From Betaproteobacteria bacterium (GTDB taxonomy: Bacteria; Pseudomonadota; Gammaproteobacteria; Burkholderiales; Ga0077523): DNA of 42,419 bases. The stretch spans positions 1 through 42,419 of the forward strand of contig JAYTTO010000070.1 of assembly GCA_043744975.1 (NCBI GenBank). The letters run 5' to 3'. Below the pieces are notes generated by a model, which was not told the origin of the DNA, did no database searches, and saw only the letters and a list, made by a program, of their open reading frames with translations. Positions 1 to 10,199 of this stretch are shown here, piece by piece; position 1 is the stretch's first letter, and every line of letters starts with the position of its first letter. A program made the translations under genes and the position numbers.

Positions 1-482
1 AGCGTGCCGTCATTGCGGATGCCGGCAGCACCGGCCGGCGCGGAGAACGACAACCGACCAGCGAGGAAGTCGGCATTCGACAGGTTGAGAGTCGAGGCCA
101 CCAGCCCTGCCACATCGACGGTGGAGCCAGGGCCGAACGCGATGCCATTCGGGTTCAGGAGGAACACATGGCCGTTGGACGTGAGCCGGCCGAGAATCAC
201 GCTCGGGTCGCCGCCGGTCACGCGATTGAGAACCTGACTCGCGGCCGATGGTTGCTGGAAGTGGGTGAGCTCACCCGAGCCGATCGAAAACGACCGCCAG
301 TTGATGACGGCGCCCGGACTGTTCTCGATCCGAAGGGTGTTGCCGGTGGCGTTGAAGATCGCGCTCCCGGAAGCGACCGTAGGATCGAGTGGATTGGCAG
401 TGGCCATCAGCGGGAAGCAAGCCACGATGGCCGTGCAAAGGAGCTTTCGCTGCAGGGGGGTTCGGGGAATGCGTCGCGCCAT
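1..482 (-). CDS. Two-partner-secretion exoprotein (TpsA / filamentous-haemagglutinin family): signal peptide plus N-terminal TPS domain; the rest lies beyond the left edge
   Basis: Not in the ORF track because no stop falls inside the window. My minus-strand translation from ATG 482-480 reads MARRIPRTPLQRKLLCTAIVACFPLMATANPLDPTVASGSAIFNATGNTLRIENSPGAVINWRSFSIGSGELTHFQQPSAASQVLNRVTGGDPSVILGRLTSNGHVFLLNPNGIAFGPGSTVDVAGLVASTLNLSNADFLAGRLSFS... The motifs NWxxFxIG, VLNRVTG and NPNGIxFG are hallmarks of the TPS (haemagglutination-activity) domain. The frame stays open to base 1. The start lies 17 nt after the tpsB stop. Confidence 0.85.
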   Translation of the reverse strand, partial: MARRIPRTPLQRKLLCTAIVACFPLMATANPLDPTVASGSAIFNATGNTLRIENSPGAVINWRSFSIGSGELTHFQQPSAASQVLNRVTGGDPSVILGRLTSNGHVFLLNPNGIAFGPGSTVDVAGLVASTLNLSNADFLAGRLSFSAPAGAAGIRNDGT

Positions 483-499
483 GATCGGCTCCCGTTGAA

Positions 500-2095
500 T
501 CAGAACAGCCAGGAAAACGCGCCTTGCAGGCGCTGGTCACCACGTCCCTGCACGCCGCCAGGCTGCAAGACCGTGCCGTAATCGAGCCGCAGGCTCATGT
601 TGGTGCCGTAGAACAGGCGCAGGCCCACGCCGGCACTGCTGATCGCTTCGCTGGGCTTTTCGCCCGGGAGGGCGCCGTTGCGCTTGACCTGGCCGTAGTC
701 GAAGAACACCAGGGCGCGAGCGCTCACGCCGGGACGCAGACGGGTGCCGAAGTCCGGCGAGTAGCCCTCGAGGCTGGTGCGCATGCCGCGGTCGCTCGCG
801 ACCTCGCGTTCGGTGAATCCACGGACGGAATCCATGCCACCGACGCCGAATTGCTCGCCGTTTACGAGCATGTCGTTGGTCATCTGCGCATTCGCGCCAA
901 CACGCACCTGGAAATCGCGGGGCAACTGCCGGGTATAGCTGGCAGCGAACCGATACAGCGTGTAGTTCGTCGCAGCACCCGGGCGAGCGCCGGGCTTGTT
1001 GAACGCCGCCTGATCACCATCGCTGCCGCCGGCAATGTTGTGATAGGCACTGAGGAAGCCGGACAGGTCCTGATCGCGATCGCGCCAGCGGCCGGACCAC
1101 GCGACGCTCAACGGGTGGACGGTGATGTCCGGCACGAGGCTGCCCGCGGCGCCGGCGAACCGCACATCGTTGCGGTATTCGCGCCAGTCGGCACCGAAGA
1201 TGAAGCGCTGATCGAACTCGGTGGTACGCGGGAGGTTGAAGTTGTACCGGGCCGTGTAGAAATTGCCACTGCCGCTGATGCCGAACTTGCCCGCCGAAGT
1301 ATTCACCGAGCCGGAGTTGACATCGGAATAGACGTAGGCGAACTCGACCGAATCACCGAGCTGGTACAACGGAATGCGATAGCCCAGACCGACGATCGAC
1401 ACCCGGCTCGGATACTCGGTGGAGGTGATGTACTGGGCGGAAAGTGCCTGATCCCGATCGAACATGTTCGAGTGCTGCGCGGCCACGCTCGCCCTGAGGA
1501 TGCCGGTCGAGGGTGTTCCCGTGGTGTCGATGCCGACGCCGAACCGCAGCGGGTTCTGGTCGCGGACTTTCGCGACGGCGTCCACCGTGCCATCCGCCTC
1601 GCCCGCCCTCAGGACGACTTGCGTCTGTTTGGAGGCGTTCTCGTTGGCGGTGAGGAGATTGCGGGCGACATGGTCGACATTTGGACTGGCGCCAGGGGTG
1701 AGCGCCGGCAGGGACCGCCGGATGTTGTCGCCGCCGAAGTGGGTGTTACCCTCGACGACGACCTGTCCGAGCTTGAGTTCGCGCACCTGGAACCGGACGT
1801 CACCGTTGCGGATCTCCTGTTCGGGAATGCTGACCTGCACCGCCGAGTAGCCGGCAACGGCGTAAGCCTTGGTCAAGGCCGCCAATGCCTGCTGGATGGT
1901 GGCGAAGGCTTTCTTCTGGCCGGTGAAGGCTGCGAGCGCCCGGTCGATGCTTGCCGCCGGCAGCAAGGTATTCCCCTCCACGACATAGCGCACGATGTCG
2001 AACCGCGGCCCTTCCGGGACGGCGCTCGATTGGGCACGGCTCGACAGAGGACCGAGCGCGACCGCCAATGCCACCCATGCCAGACATGTCTTCAC
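500..2095 (-). CDS. TpsB outer-membrane transporter (ShlB/FhaC/HecB family haemolysin activation/secretion protein)
   Basis: ORF 500..2212. POTRA-like segment RFDIVRYVVEGNTLLPAASIDRALAAFTGQKKAFATIQQALAALTKAYAVAGYSAVQVSIPEQEI, then a long beta-barrel-like region ending ...GAFSWLF. I moved the start to GTG 2095, which has GGGAGGG 8 nt upstream and gives the signal peptide MKTCLAWVALAVALGPLSSRAQS. The 39 upstream codons to GTG 2212 cross an AT-rich palindrome and look non-coding. Confidence 0.85.
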   Translation of the reverse strand: MKTCLAWVALAVALGPLSSRAQSSAVPEGPRFDIVRYVVEGNTLLPAASIDRALAAFTGQKKAFATIQQALAALTKAYAVAGYSAVQVSIPEQEIRNGDVRFQVRELKLGQVVVEGNTHFGGDNIRRSLPALTPGASPNVDHVARNLLTANENASKQTQVVLRAGEADGTVDAVAKVRDQNPLRFGVGIDTTGTPSTGILRASVAAQHSNMFDRDQALSAQYITSTEYPSRVSIVGLGYRIPLYQLGDSVEFAYVYSDVNSGSVNTSAGKFGISGSGNFYTARYNFNLPRTTEFDQRFIFGADWREYRNDVRFAGAAGSLVPDITVHPLSVAWSGRWRDRDQDLSGFLSAYHNIAGGSDGDQAAFNKPGARPGAATNYTLYRFAASYTRQLPRDFQVRVGANAQMTNDMLVNGEQFGVGGMDSVRGFTEREVASDRGMRTSLEGYSPDFGTRLRPGVSARALVFFDYGQVKRNGALPGEKPSEAISSAGVGLRLFYGTNMSLRLDYGTVLQPGGVQGRGDQRLQGAFSWLF

Positions 2096-2140
2096 CCCCC
2101 GATCCCTCCCTGTCGTTATTGGATTCAAGACTACTCTGCT

Positions 2141-2196
2141 ACAAGCCCCGATGGCAAACAAAACTATCGTTTTGTTTGATTTCCAATCGGGCTTGT
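2141..2196. repeat. AT-rich imperfect palindrome with a perfect core hairpin (CAAACAAAAC-tatc-GTTTTGTTTG, 2155..2178) and outer arms acaagccccgatgg / ccaatcgggcttgt
   Basis: Read directly from the sequence. It lies between the ypfJ stop (2221) and the tpsB start (2095) and is the lowest-GC stretch of this region. It could be an operator for tpsBA, a terminator for ypfJ, or both. Confidence 0.5.
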
Positions 2197-2220
2197 CGCT
2201 GAACGTAAACACTGCGCAAG

Positions 2221-3068
2221 CTACAGTCGCCCTGCCTTGAAAGTATCGCAGCCGCCGACTTCACCCGATTCCAGACCCCGCTTGAACCAGCGCACGCGCT
2301 GCTCGGAACTCCCGTGCGTGAAACTCTCCGGCGAGACATGACCCTGCGCCTGCTGTTGCAGCCGATCGTCCCCGATCGCCGCTGCAGCGTTGAGCGCTTC
2401 CTCGACGTCACCGGCCTGCAGGACGGGTCGCGACCGGTTGGCGTAATGACCCCAGATTCCGGCCAGGCAATCGGCCTGGAGTTCGAGTCGGACGGACAGC
2501 TGATTGGCTCGTTCAGGTGAGCGCTGACTAGCTGCGTGAACCTTGTCGGAGATGCCGAGCAGATTCTGCACATGGTGCCCGACCTCGTGTGCGATGACGT
2601 ATGCCTGCGCAAAGTCGCCGGGCGCTCCGAAGCGATCCGCCAGCAGCCGGTAGAAGTCGAGATCAATGTAGACGTGGCGGTCGCCGGGGCAATAGAACGG
2701 ACCAACAGCTGCCTGGGCGGTGCCGCAGGCGGACTGAACGGCGCCGGTGAAGAGGACCAGCTTGGGCTGATCGTAGTGGCCGCCGCTCCTGGTAAACAAG
2801 TCGCCCCAGGTGTCTTCGGTATCGGCGAGGACGACCGAAACGAAATCCTTGAGCCGGTCCTGCGCAGGATGCGGGGGGCCGCCTGCTGCTGTACGCCGCC
2901 CCCCAACTGCCCCGCCCCCTGAAGGATCAGACGGGGATCGACGCCGAAGAACATGGCCACCAGGGCGATGACCACCACCCCGATACCGCCGCCGGCAAGC
3001 CCGCCGGGAATCCGCATGCCGCGACGGTCTTCCACGTTGTCGCTGCGTCTGCCGTTCTCCCAGTCCAT
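2221..3068 (-). pseudogene. ypfJ: YpfJ-family neutral zinc metallopeptidase, reading frame broken (apparent 1-nt loss)
   Basis: The N-terminus is in the frame of ORF 2139..3068: [45 protein letters not shown] (conserved SDNVEDRRG box plus a TM helix). The catalytic part is in the frame of ORF 2221..3135: [14 protein letters not shown]...GPFYCPGD...[16 protein letters not shown]...ELQADCLAG...[16 protein letters not shown]. The frames must switch between about 2920 and 2850. Adding one base to the G6 run at 2873..2878 gives ...[21 protein letters not shown]... as one continuous protein. Confidence 0.75.
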
Positions 3069-3193
3069 GATGGTGCGTCCCTGAAGCTTTGACCACCGAT
3101 GCTACACCGGTGGACGCTGATCGGACCGCGGGCAAAGGTGGCTCCCGACCCAGGGAGCGCCGGCTGCCAGCGCAGCACTTCGTCCGCAGGGTT

Positions 3194-3224
3194 CCCCGAG
3201 GAACGGGGTGCCCCCTCGAGGGGG
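3194..3224 (-). terminator. Two adjacent GC hairpins downstream of matB (CCCCGaggaaCGGGG 3194..3208; perfect palindrome CCCCCTCGAGGGGG 3211..3224)
   Basis: Seen in the sequence 35 nt after the matB stop. There is no U-tract, so a role as an intrinsic terminator is only plausible. Confidence 0.35.
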
Positions 3225-3258
3225 AAGGCGCAGCGCAGCCTGGGGGTGGGCCTCACCT

Positions 3259-4779
3259 CTAGCCGGGTATTGGCGGCACCGCGAAGCGTTCCCGCAAGTG
3301 GGCCTTCTGCACCTTTCCCATGGCGTTGCGCGGCAGGTCGTCGACCACATGCACACGCTTGGGGACCTTGTAGTTGGCCAGTTGCGTTTTCAGGTGAGCC
3401 AGCAGGCGCGATTCATCGAGAACGGCGCCCGGACGGGGCACCACGACCGCCGTCACCGCTTCACCGAAGTCGGGGTGCGGAACGCCGATGACCGCCGACT
3501 CGAGTACGCCGTCCGCAAGATCGAGCACCAGTTCGATCTCCTTCGGATAAACGTTGTACCCACCGGTGATGATCAGGTCCTTCGCGCGACCGACGATGGA
3601 AAGATAGCCCCCGGCATCGAAAACACCGACGTCACCGGTCCGGAACCACCCGTCCGCGGTGAACTCCTCGGCCGTCTTCTCCGGCATGTTCCAATAACCA
3701 GCAAACACATTCGGGCCGCGGATCTGGATGGCGCCGATCTCGCCCGGATCGACCGCGTGATCGTCGCCATCGGCGACTCGCACGCCGACGCCGGGCAATG
3801 CAAGCCCGACGGTTCCGCCCTTGCGTTCGCCGGCCAGGGGATTGGAGGTGATCATCCCCGATTCGCTCATGCCGTAGCGCTCGAGGATGCATTGTCCGAT
3901 GCGCGCCTCGAACTCGGCGAAGGTATCGAGGAGCAAAGGCGCTGAACCGGACACGAACAGGCGGACGTTCCCGGCGGCGGCTCGCGTGAACGATGGCTCC
4001 GCCAGCAGGCGGGTGTAGAACGTGGGTACGCCCATGAGGACGGTTGCGCGCGGCAGATCGCGAACCACCGCCTGTGCATCGAACTTGCGATGGAACAGCA
4101 TTCGGGCGCCCGAGAACAGCACGCAGTGATTCGCCACGAACAGGCCATGAACATGGAACAGCGGCAGGGCGTGGAGCAGCACGTCGGACGCCGTGAAGGC
4201 CCAGGCACGAACCAGCGTCTCGCCATTCGAGACCAGGTTGCCATGCGTCAGCATGGCGCCCTTTGAACGCCCCGTGGTTCCCGAGGTGTAGATGATCACC
4301 GCGAGGTCGTCGGCTGCAGCATCGACCGTCTCGAACACGACACCTTCCTGTCGGGCCACCGTCATGAGGCTGCCATTGCCCTCGGCGTCGAGTGTCAGAA
4401 CCGACCCGATGCGGGCCGCGACCGCAATCTCGGCAAGCGCCGCTTCGGTGCCAAGGCGACACACGAACACCGACGGCGCGGCATCGCGAAGAAAGTAGGC
4501 GACCTCGGTCGGCGTATAGGCAACGTTCAGCGGCAGGTAAACAAAGCCGGCCCGCAAGCACGCCAGATAGAGTGCGAGGGCCTCCGGCGACTTCTCGACC
4601 TGCACCGCGACACGATCGCCCCTGCGTGCGCCGGCTCGCGTCAGCGCATGCGCGAACCGGGCCGCATGTTCGTCGAGATCCCGATTGGTCCAGATGCCGC
4701 CGACGTCCGTCTCCAGCAGGACCTGTTCGCGTGCGCCCTGGAAGCGCTGTTCGAACACGGCAAGAAGATTCCGATTCAT
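3259..4779 (-). CDS. matB: Malonyl-CoA synthetase-like acyl-CoA synthetase (AMP-dependent synthetase/ligase, MatB type)
   Basis: ORF 3259..4779, 506 aa. The N-terminal block GDRVAVQVEKSPEALALYLACLRAGFVYLPLNVAYTPTEVAYFLRDAAPSVFVC closely follows the rhizobial MatB block as I remember it (DRVAVQVEKS.EAL.LYLACLR.G.VYLPLN.AYT). The AMP-binding motif IIYTSGTTGRSKGAMLTHGN is present. The ATG is preceded by GGGAAGGG. Confidence 0.75.
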   Translation of the reverse strand: MNRNLLAVFEQRFQGAREQVLLETDVGGIWTNRDLDEHAARFAHALTRAGARRGDRVAVQVEKSPEALALYLACLRAGFVYLPLNVAYTPTEVAYFLRDAAPSVFVCRLGTEAALAEIAVAARIGSVLTLDAEGNGSLMTVARQEGVVFETVDAAADDLAVIIYTSGTTGRSKGAMLTHGNLVSNGETLVRAWAFTASDVLLHALPLFHVHGLFVANHCVLFSGARMLFHRKFDAQAVVRDLPRATVLMGVPTFYTRLLAEPSFTRAAAGNVRLFVSGSAPLLLDTFAEFEARIGQCILERYGMSESGMITSNPLAGERKGGTVGLALPGVGVRVADGDDHAVDPGEIGAIQIRGPNVFAGYWNMPEKTAEEFTADGWFRTGDVGVFDAGGYLSIVGRAKDLIITGGYNVYPKEIELVLDLADGVLESAVIGVPHPDFGEAVTAVVVPRPGAVLDESRLLAHLKTQLANYKVPKRVHVVDDLPRNAMGKVQKAHLRERFAVPPIPG

Positions 4780-4789
4780 GGCCCTTCCC

Positions 4790-6025
4790 TCAAGCCGGCG
4801 TCAATGTCTCGGACGCGAATTGGCGCCGCGCATCGATGACGCCCACGCCGATGAGGTCAGCGACATCTTCGCCATCGCTGCGCCCGATCACGCTGGCGAT
4901 GGCCGCGGCGGGCAACGTGACGACGGATGCGTCAGGCCACGCCACGACCGACCCGGCGGCCGCGGCGAGCGCGACGTATACCGCGCCCCCCGCCTGTCCG
5001 GTGATCCAGAGTTCAACGCCACGGTTGGAACGTGTCAGGCGGAACAGCGCCGCTGCCAGTTGTGCCAGCAGCGCCGCGAACAGGACGGCTTCGTCGTCAG
5101 GCGCCGGCGACTGGCCTGGCGAATCGAGCACGACGATGACCGGCATGGCGGGAATTTCTCCAGCGATGTCGCGAAGAACCGTCGTCAGACGTACGCAGGC
5201 AGTGGGGGAAACGGCAATGCCATCGACGAAACCCACCACGCGATGCGTGGTCCCGGATAGCGCCGCCTCACCGGCAATGACGTGGTCGATGACATACAGG
5301 TCGCAACCTTGCGGGAAAATCGCGGCGAACTTCGCGGGATCGAGGCGCCGCGGGCAACCGTCCGGAACAGGCGGAACCGACTCACTCACGCGCGGCCCCA
5401 AGCTCGCGGAAGCCATGAACTTCGCAATCGCATCCCGGACGGCATCGGTATCGTCGACAACGAGAGCGCCAGCGGCATCGTCGAGGACGCGGCGTTCGTT
5501 GTCGTACATCGCCGACACCTCCGCCGGGAACACCCTCGGATTGAGAGCAAGGACCGCCTTCGGGCCTGACAACCCGAGCCGACCACTGGCGGGATAGAGA
5601 CGACGGCACGCGCCGAACCCCAGAAGACTGGCACCACCGAAGCAGTACCGGCCGAACACCGCGACGGAGAGCATGCCTGCCGCCGTCGCTTCGAGCAGCG
5701 CACGCTGGAGGCGACGCAACGCGCCAAGGACGGCTACGCCATCGCTGAGCCGGGCACCTGCCGAGTCGAGCAGCAGCACGACAACGGACCCCGTCGCTTG
5801 CGCCGCGGAGATCGCTGCGACCAGCGCCGCCGCGTCCGCGACGCCGATGGCGCCAGCGGCACATGCCGGATCGGTGGCGGCGGTGACCACCTGCTGTCCG
5901 TGCAACACACCGGTGGCGGCACGGACCGATGCACCCACCGGCTGATCGAGCCAATCGACACTGCCGGCATCGAGCATGGCCTCGATACGGGCCGGACACG
6001 GAAGCTCGAGGAACCGCGGCACCAC
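4790..6025 (-). CDS. Single-chain carboxyltransferase-fold protein resembling fused malonate decarboxylase beta (MdcD) and gamma (MdcE) subunits
   Basis: This is the C-terminal 411 codons of ORF 4790..7078. The N-half has FLELPCPARIEAMLDAGSVDWL (compare the MdcD N-terminus SFIEL.AR.R...LLD.GSF.ELL), then VVLLLDSAGARLSDG and FGGASLLGF...GRLGLSGPKAV. The C-half has PVIVVLDSPGQSP...ITGQAGGAVYVALA, which is MdcE-like. The start is uncertain: GTG 6025 or 6022, 5-8 nt after the M20 stop, or GTG 6043 overlapping it. The upstream 350 codons of the track ORF are an off-frame shadow of the M20 gene. Confidence 0.55.
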   Translation of the reverse strand: MVPRFLELPCPARIEAMLDAGSVDWLDQPVGASVRAATGVLHGQQVVTAATDPACAAGAIGVADAAALVAAISAAQATGSVVVLLLDSAGARLSDGVAVLGALRRLQRALLEATAAGMLSVAVFGRYCFGGASLLGFGACRRLYPASGRLGLSGPKAVLALNPRVFPAEVSAMYDNERRVLDDAAGALVVDDTDAVRDAIAKFMASASLGPRVSESVPPVPDGCPRRLDPAKFAAIFPQGCDLYVIDHVIAGEAALSGTTHRVVGFVDGIAVSPTACVRLTTVLRDIAGEIPAMPVIVVLDSPGQSPAPDDEAVLFAALLAQLAAALFRLTRSNRGVELWITGQAGGAVYVALAAAAGSVVAWPDASVVTLPAAAIASVIGRSDGEDVADLIGVGVIDARRQFASETLTPA

Positions 6026-6030
6026 GAGAC

Positions 6031-7161
6031 TCAGACGCGGCACCAACGTTTCATGATCTCGATGAAGGCGTCCGCGGATTGGACCACCCGTTCGACCTGG
6101 CAGTACTCGTCCGTCTGGTGCGCCATCTGCGGCTCGCCGGGCCCGAGGATCAGGGTCGGCGGGTTGCCGTAGGCCGGCTTGAGCGCGGCGGCATCGGTGA
6201 AGAAGGAGGCTGTCCTCGCCTCCGGTCGCGCACCGAGGTAGGGCTGCATGACATCGAATACCTCCTGCACCCAGTCGTCGGCCGGATCGGAGTAGACCGA
6301 ACCGACGTCGAGCATCGTGTCGAAGTGCACATCCGGGCCGAGTACAGCGCACAACTCGTCGCGGATGTGCGCATGTTGCTGCGTCGGCACGGTGCGGATG
6401 TCGATGCCGATGCTGGCCCGGTCCGGGACCGAGTTGATGTTGAGCCCTCCATGGAACGTGCCGACATTCAGGGTGCCCTGTCCCATCAGCTCGTGCGGTG
6501 GCGTCGAGAACCGGAAGTGTTCGAGTTTCGACACCGCGGAGGCCGCCTTGTAGACGGCGTTGACGCCTTTCTCGGGCATCGATCCGTGCGCCGTGACACC
6601 CGTCGTGGTGGCATTGAGCCAGAAAGCCCCGCGATGCCCGACGTAGGGATAGTTCGCGGTCGGCTCGGCCACCACGATAGCGCCGGCCCGGCCGATAGCA
6701 CCGGGTGTCCTGATCAGTTCGAACGCCCCCATGCAACCGGTCTCCTCGCCGGCAGTGATGACGAGCGAGATACCCGCGGTGCGCTCGAGGTGCGGTGCGA
6801 GCGCGATGGCGGCGGTAACGAACGCGCCGACACCGCTCTTCATGTCGCTGGAACCGCGGCCATACAGGCGTCCCCCGTCGGTCTCGCCAGCGAAGGGATC
6901 CTTCGACCACGGGGCCGCTCCGAGCGGAACGATGTCGATGTGGCCCGTGAAACAGATCGGCGCCTGCTCCTGCCGTCCACCGATGGTCGCGACCAGATTG
7001 GCACGGCCGGCGCCGCACGCGTGATAGCTCACGCGGTATCCCGCCGATTCGAGCAGGGCGCCGATGTGGCGCGCACAAGCCTCTTCCTGACCGGGCGGGT
7101 TGATGGTGTCGAACCGCAGCAGGCGCTGGGTGAGATCTACGGCTTCTACGGAGGTGGCCAT
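6031..7161 (-). CDS. M20-family metallo-amidohydrolase (ArgE/DapE/ACY1/CPG2-type deacylase)
   Basis: ORF 6031..7485 trimmed to ATG 7161 (MATSVEAVDLTQRLLRFDTINPPG). The longer version would overlap atpC. Metal-binding and catalytic motifs are present: FTGHIDIVP, GRGSSDMKSG, ITAGEETG, VAEPT and TAHGSMPEKGVNA. Length is 376 aa. Confidence 0.85.
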   Translation of the reverse strand: MATSVEAVDLTQRLLRFDTINPPGQEEACARHIGALLESAGYRVSYHACGAGRANLVATIGGRQEQAPICFTGHIDIVPLGAAPWSKDPFAGETDGGRLYGRGSSDMKSGVGAFVTAAIALAPHLERTAGISLVITAGEETGCMGAFELIRTPGAIGRAGAIVVAEPTANYPYVGHRGAFWLNATTTGVTAHGSMPEKGVNAVYKAASAVSKLEHFRFSTPPHELMGQGTLNVGTFHGGLNINSVPDRASIGIDIRTVPTQQHAHIRDELCAVLGPDVHFDTMLDVGSVYSDPADDWVQEVFDVMQPYLGARPEARTASFFTDAAALKPAYGNPPTLILGPGEPQMAHQTDEYCQVERVVQSADAFIEIMKRWCRV

Positions 7162-7327
7162 GGCGGCTCGCTGGGGTTGTTCGTCACGGCGCGAGTGTGG
7201 CACTGAAACCCGCCCGGCAACCAGTAGCGTCGTGTGGTCGACATCGACGTCCGCGGAGCGTCGCCGCGAGCTCGTCCGATCCGCGGCGCCGCTGCCGGGC
7301 GGCGCGCCGGGAAAGTCTGCGGACCGC

Positions 7328-7747
7328 TCAGCGCTTGCGCAGTCTGCGGATGGCGGCGAGTTGCGCCGCCAGCGACGAGAGTTCTGCTTCGACGGTGGCA
7401 ATCTCGGCGTTGTCCATGGCGTGGCGCAGAGCCTCCTCGGCCCGTTGCTTCGCTTCCAGGGCCTTGGTTTCGTCGAGATCGGCACCGCGGATCGCGGTGT
7501 CGGCGAGAACGGTGACGACCTTGGGCTGTACTTCGAGATAGCCGCCCGCCACGAAGATGAGTTCCTCCTCGGCGCCGCCCGCGGGTTTGATGCGGACCGT
7601 ACCGGGACGGATCCGCGTGATCAGCGGCGTGTGCTGCGGGTAGATGCCGAGTTCGCCAGCCTCGCCGGGCAGCACCACAAATTCGGCAGCGCCCGAATAG
7701 ATCGACTTTTCTGCACTGACGACTTCTACCTGGAGAGTATTTGCCAT
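7328..7747 (-). CDS. atpC: F1 ATP synthase epsilon subunit
   Basis: 139-aa ORF beginning [42 protein letters not shown]. It is the last gene of the atp operon. Confidence 0.95.
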   Translation of the reverse strand: MANTLQVEVVSAEKSIYSGAAEFVVLPGEAGELGIYPQHTPLITRIRPGTVRIKPAGGAEEELIFVAGGYLEVQPKVVTVLADTAIRGADLDETKALEAKQRAEEALRHAMDNAEIATVEAELSSLAAQLAAIRRLRKR

Positions 7748-7796
7748 TGGAGTCCTTGCAGGCGGGACGACCGGTTGCCCGGCATCCCGGTTGGCT

Positions 7797-10125
<2,329 letters not shown>

Positions 10126-10199
10126 GGGTCGGTTCCTGGCTGGATGTCGTGCCGCAGAAATCGGACACCATCGGCGATGGCGGCCGGTCGTTCGTCGGG

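Noticed and set aside
6026-7078. N-terminal ~350 residues of the 762-aa ORF 4790..7078, which would make a giant fusion protein
   Set aside because: This part overlaps the M20 peptidase gene in another frame and is Arg-rich and low-complexity (MCAPHRRPARIGGIPRELSRVRRRP...). Recognisable MdcD-like sequence begins only at about 6025, right after the M20 stop.
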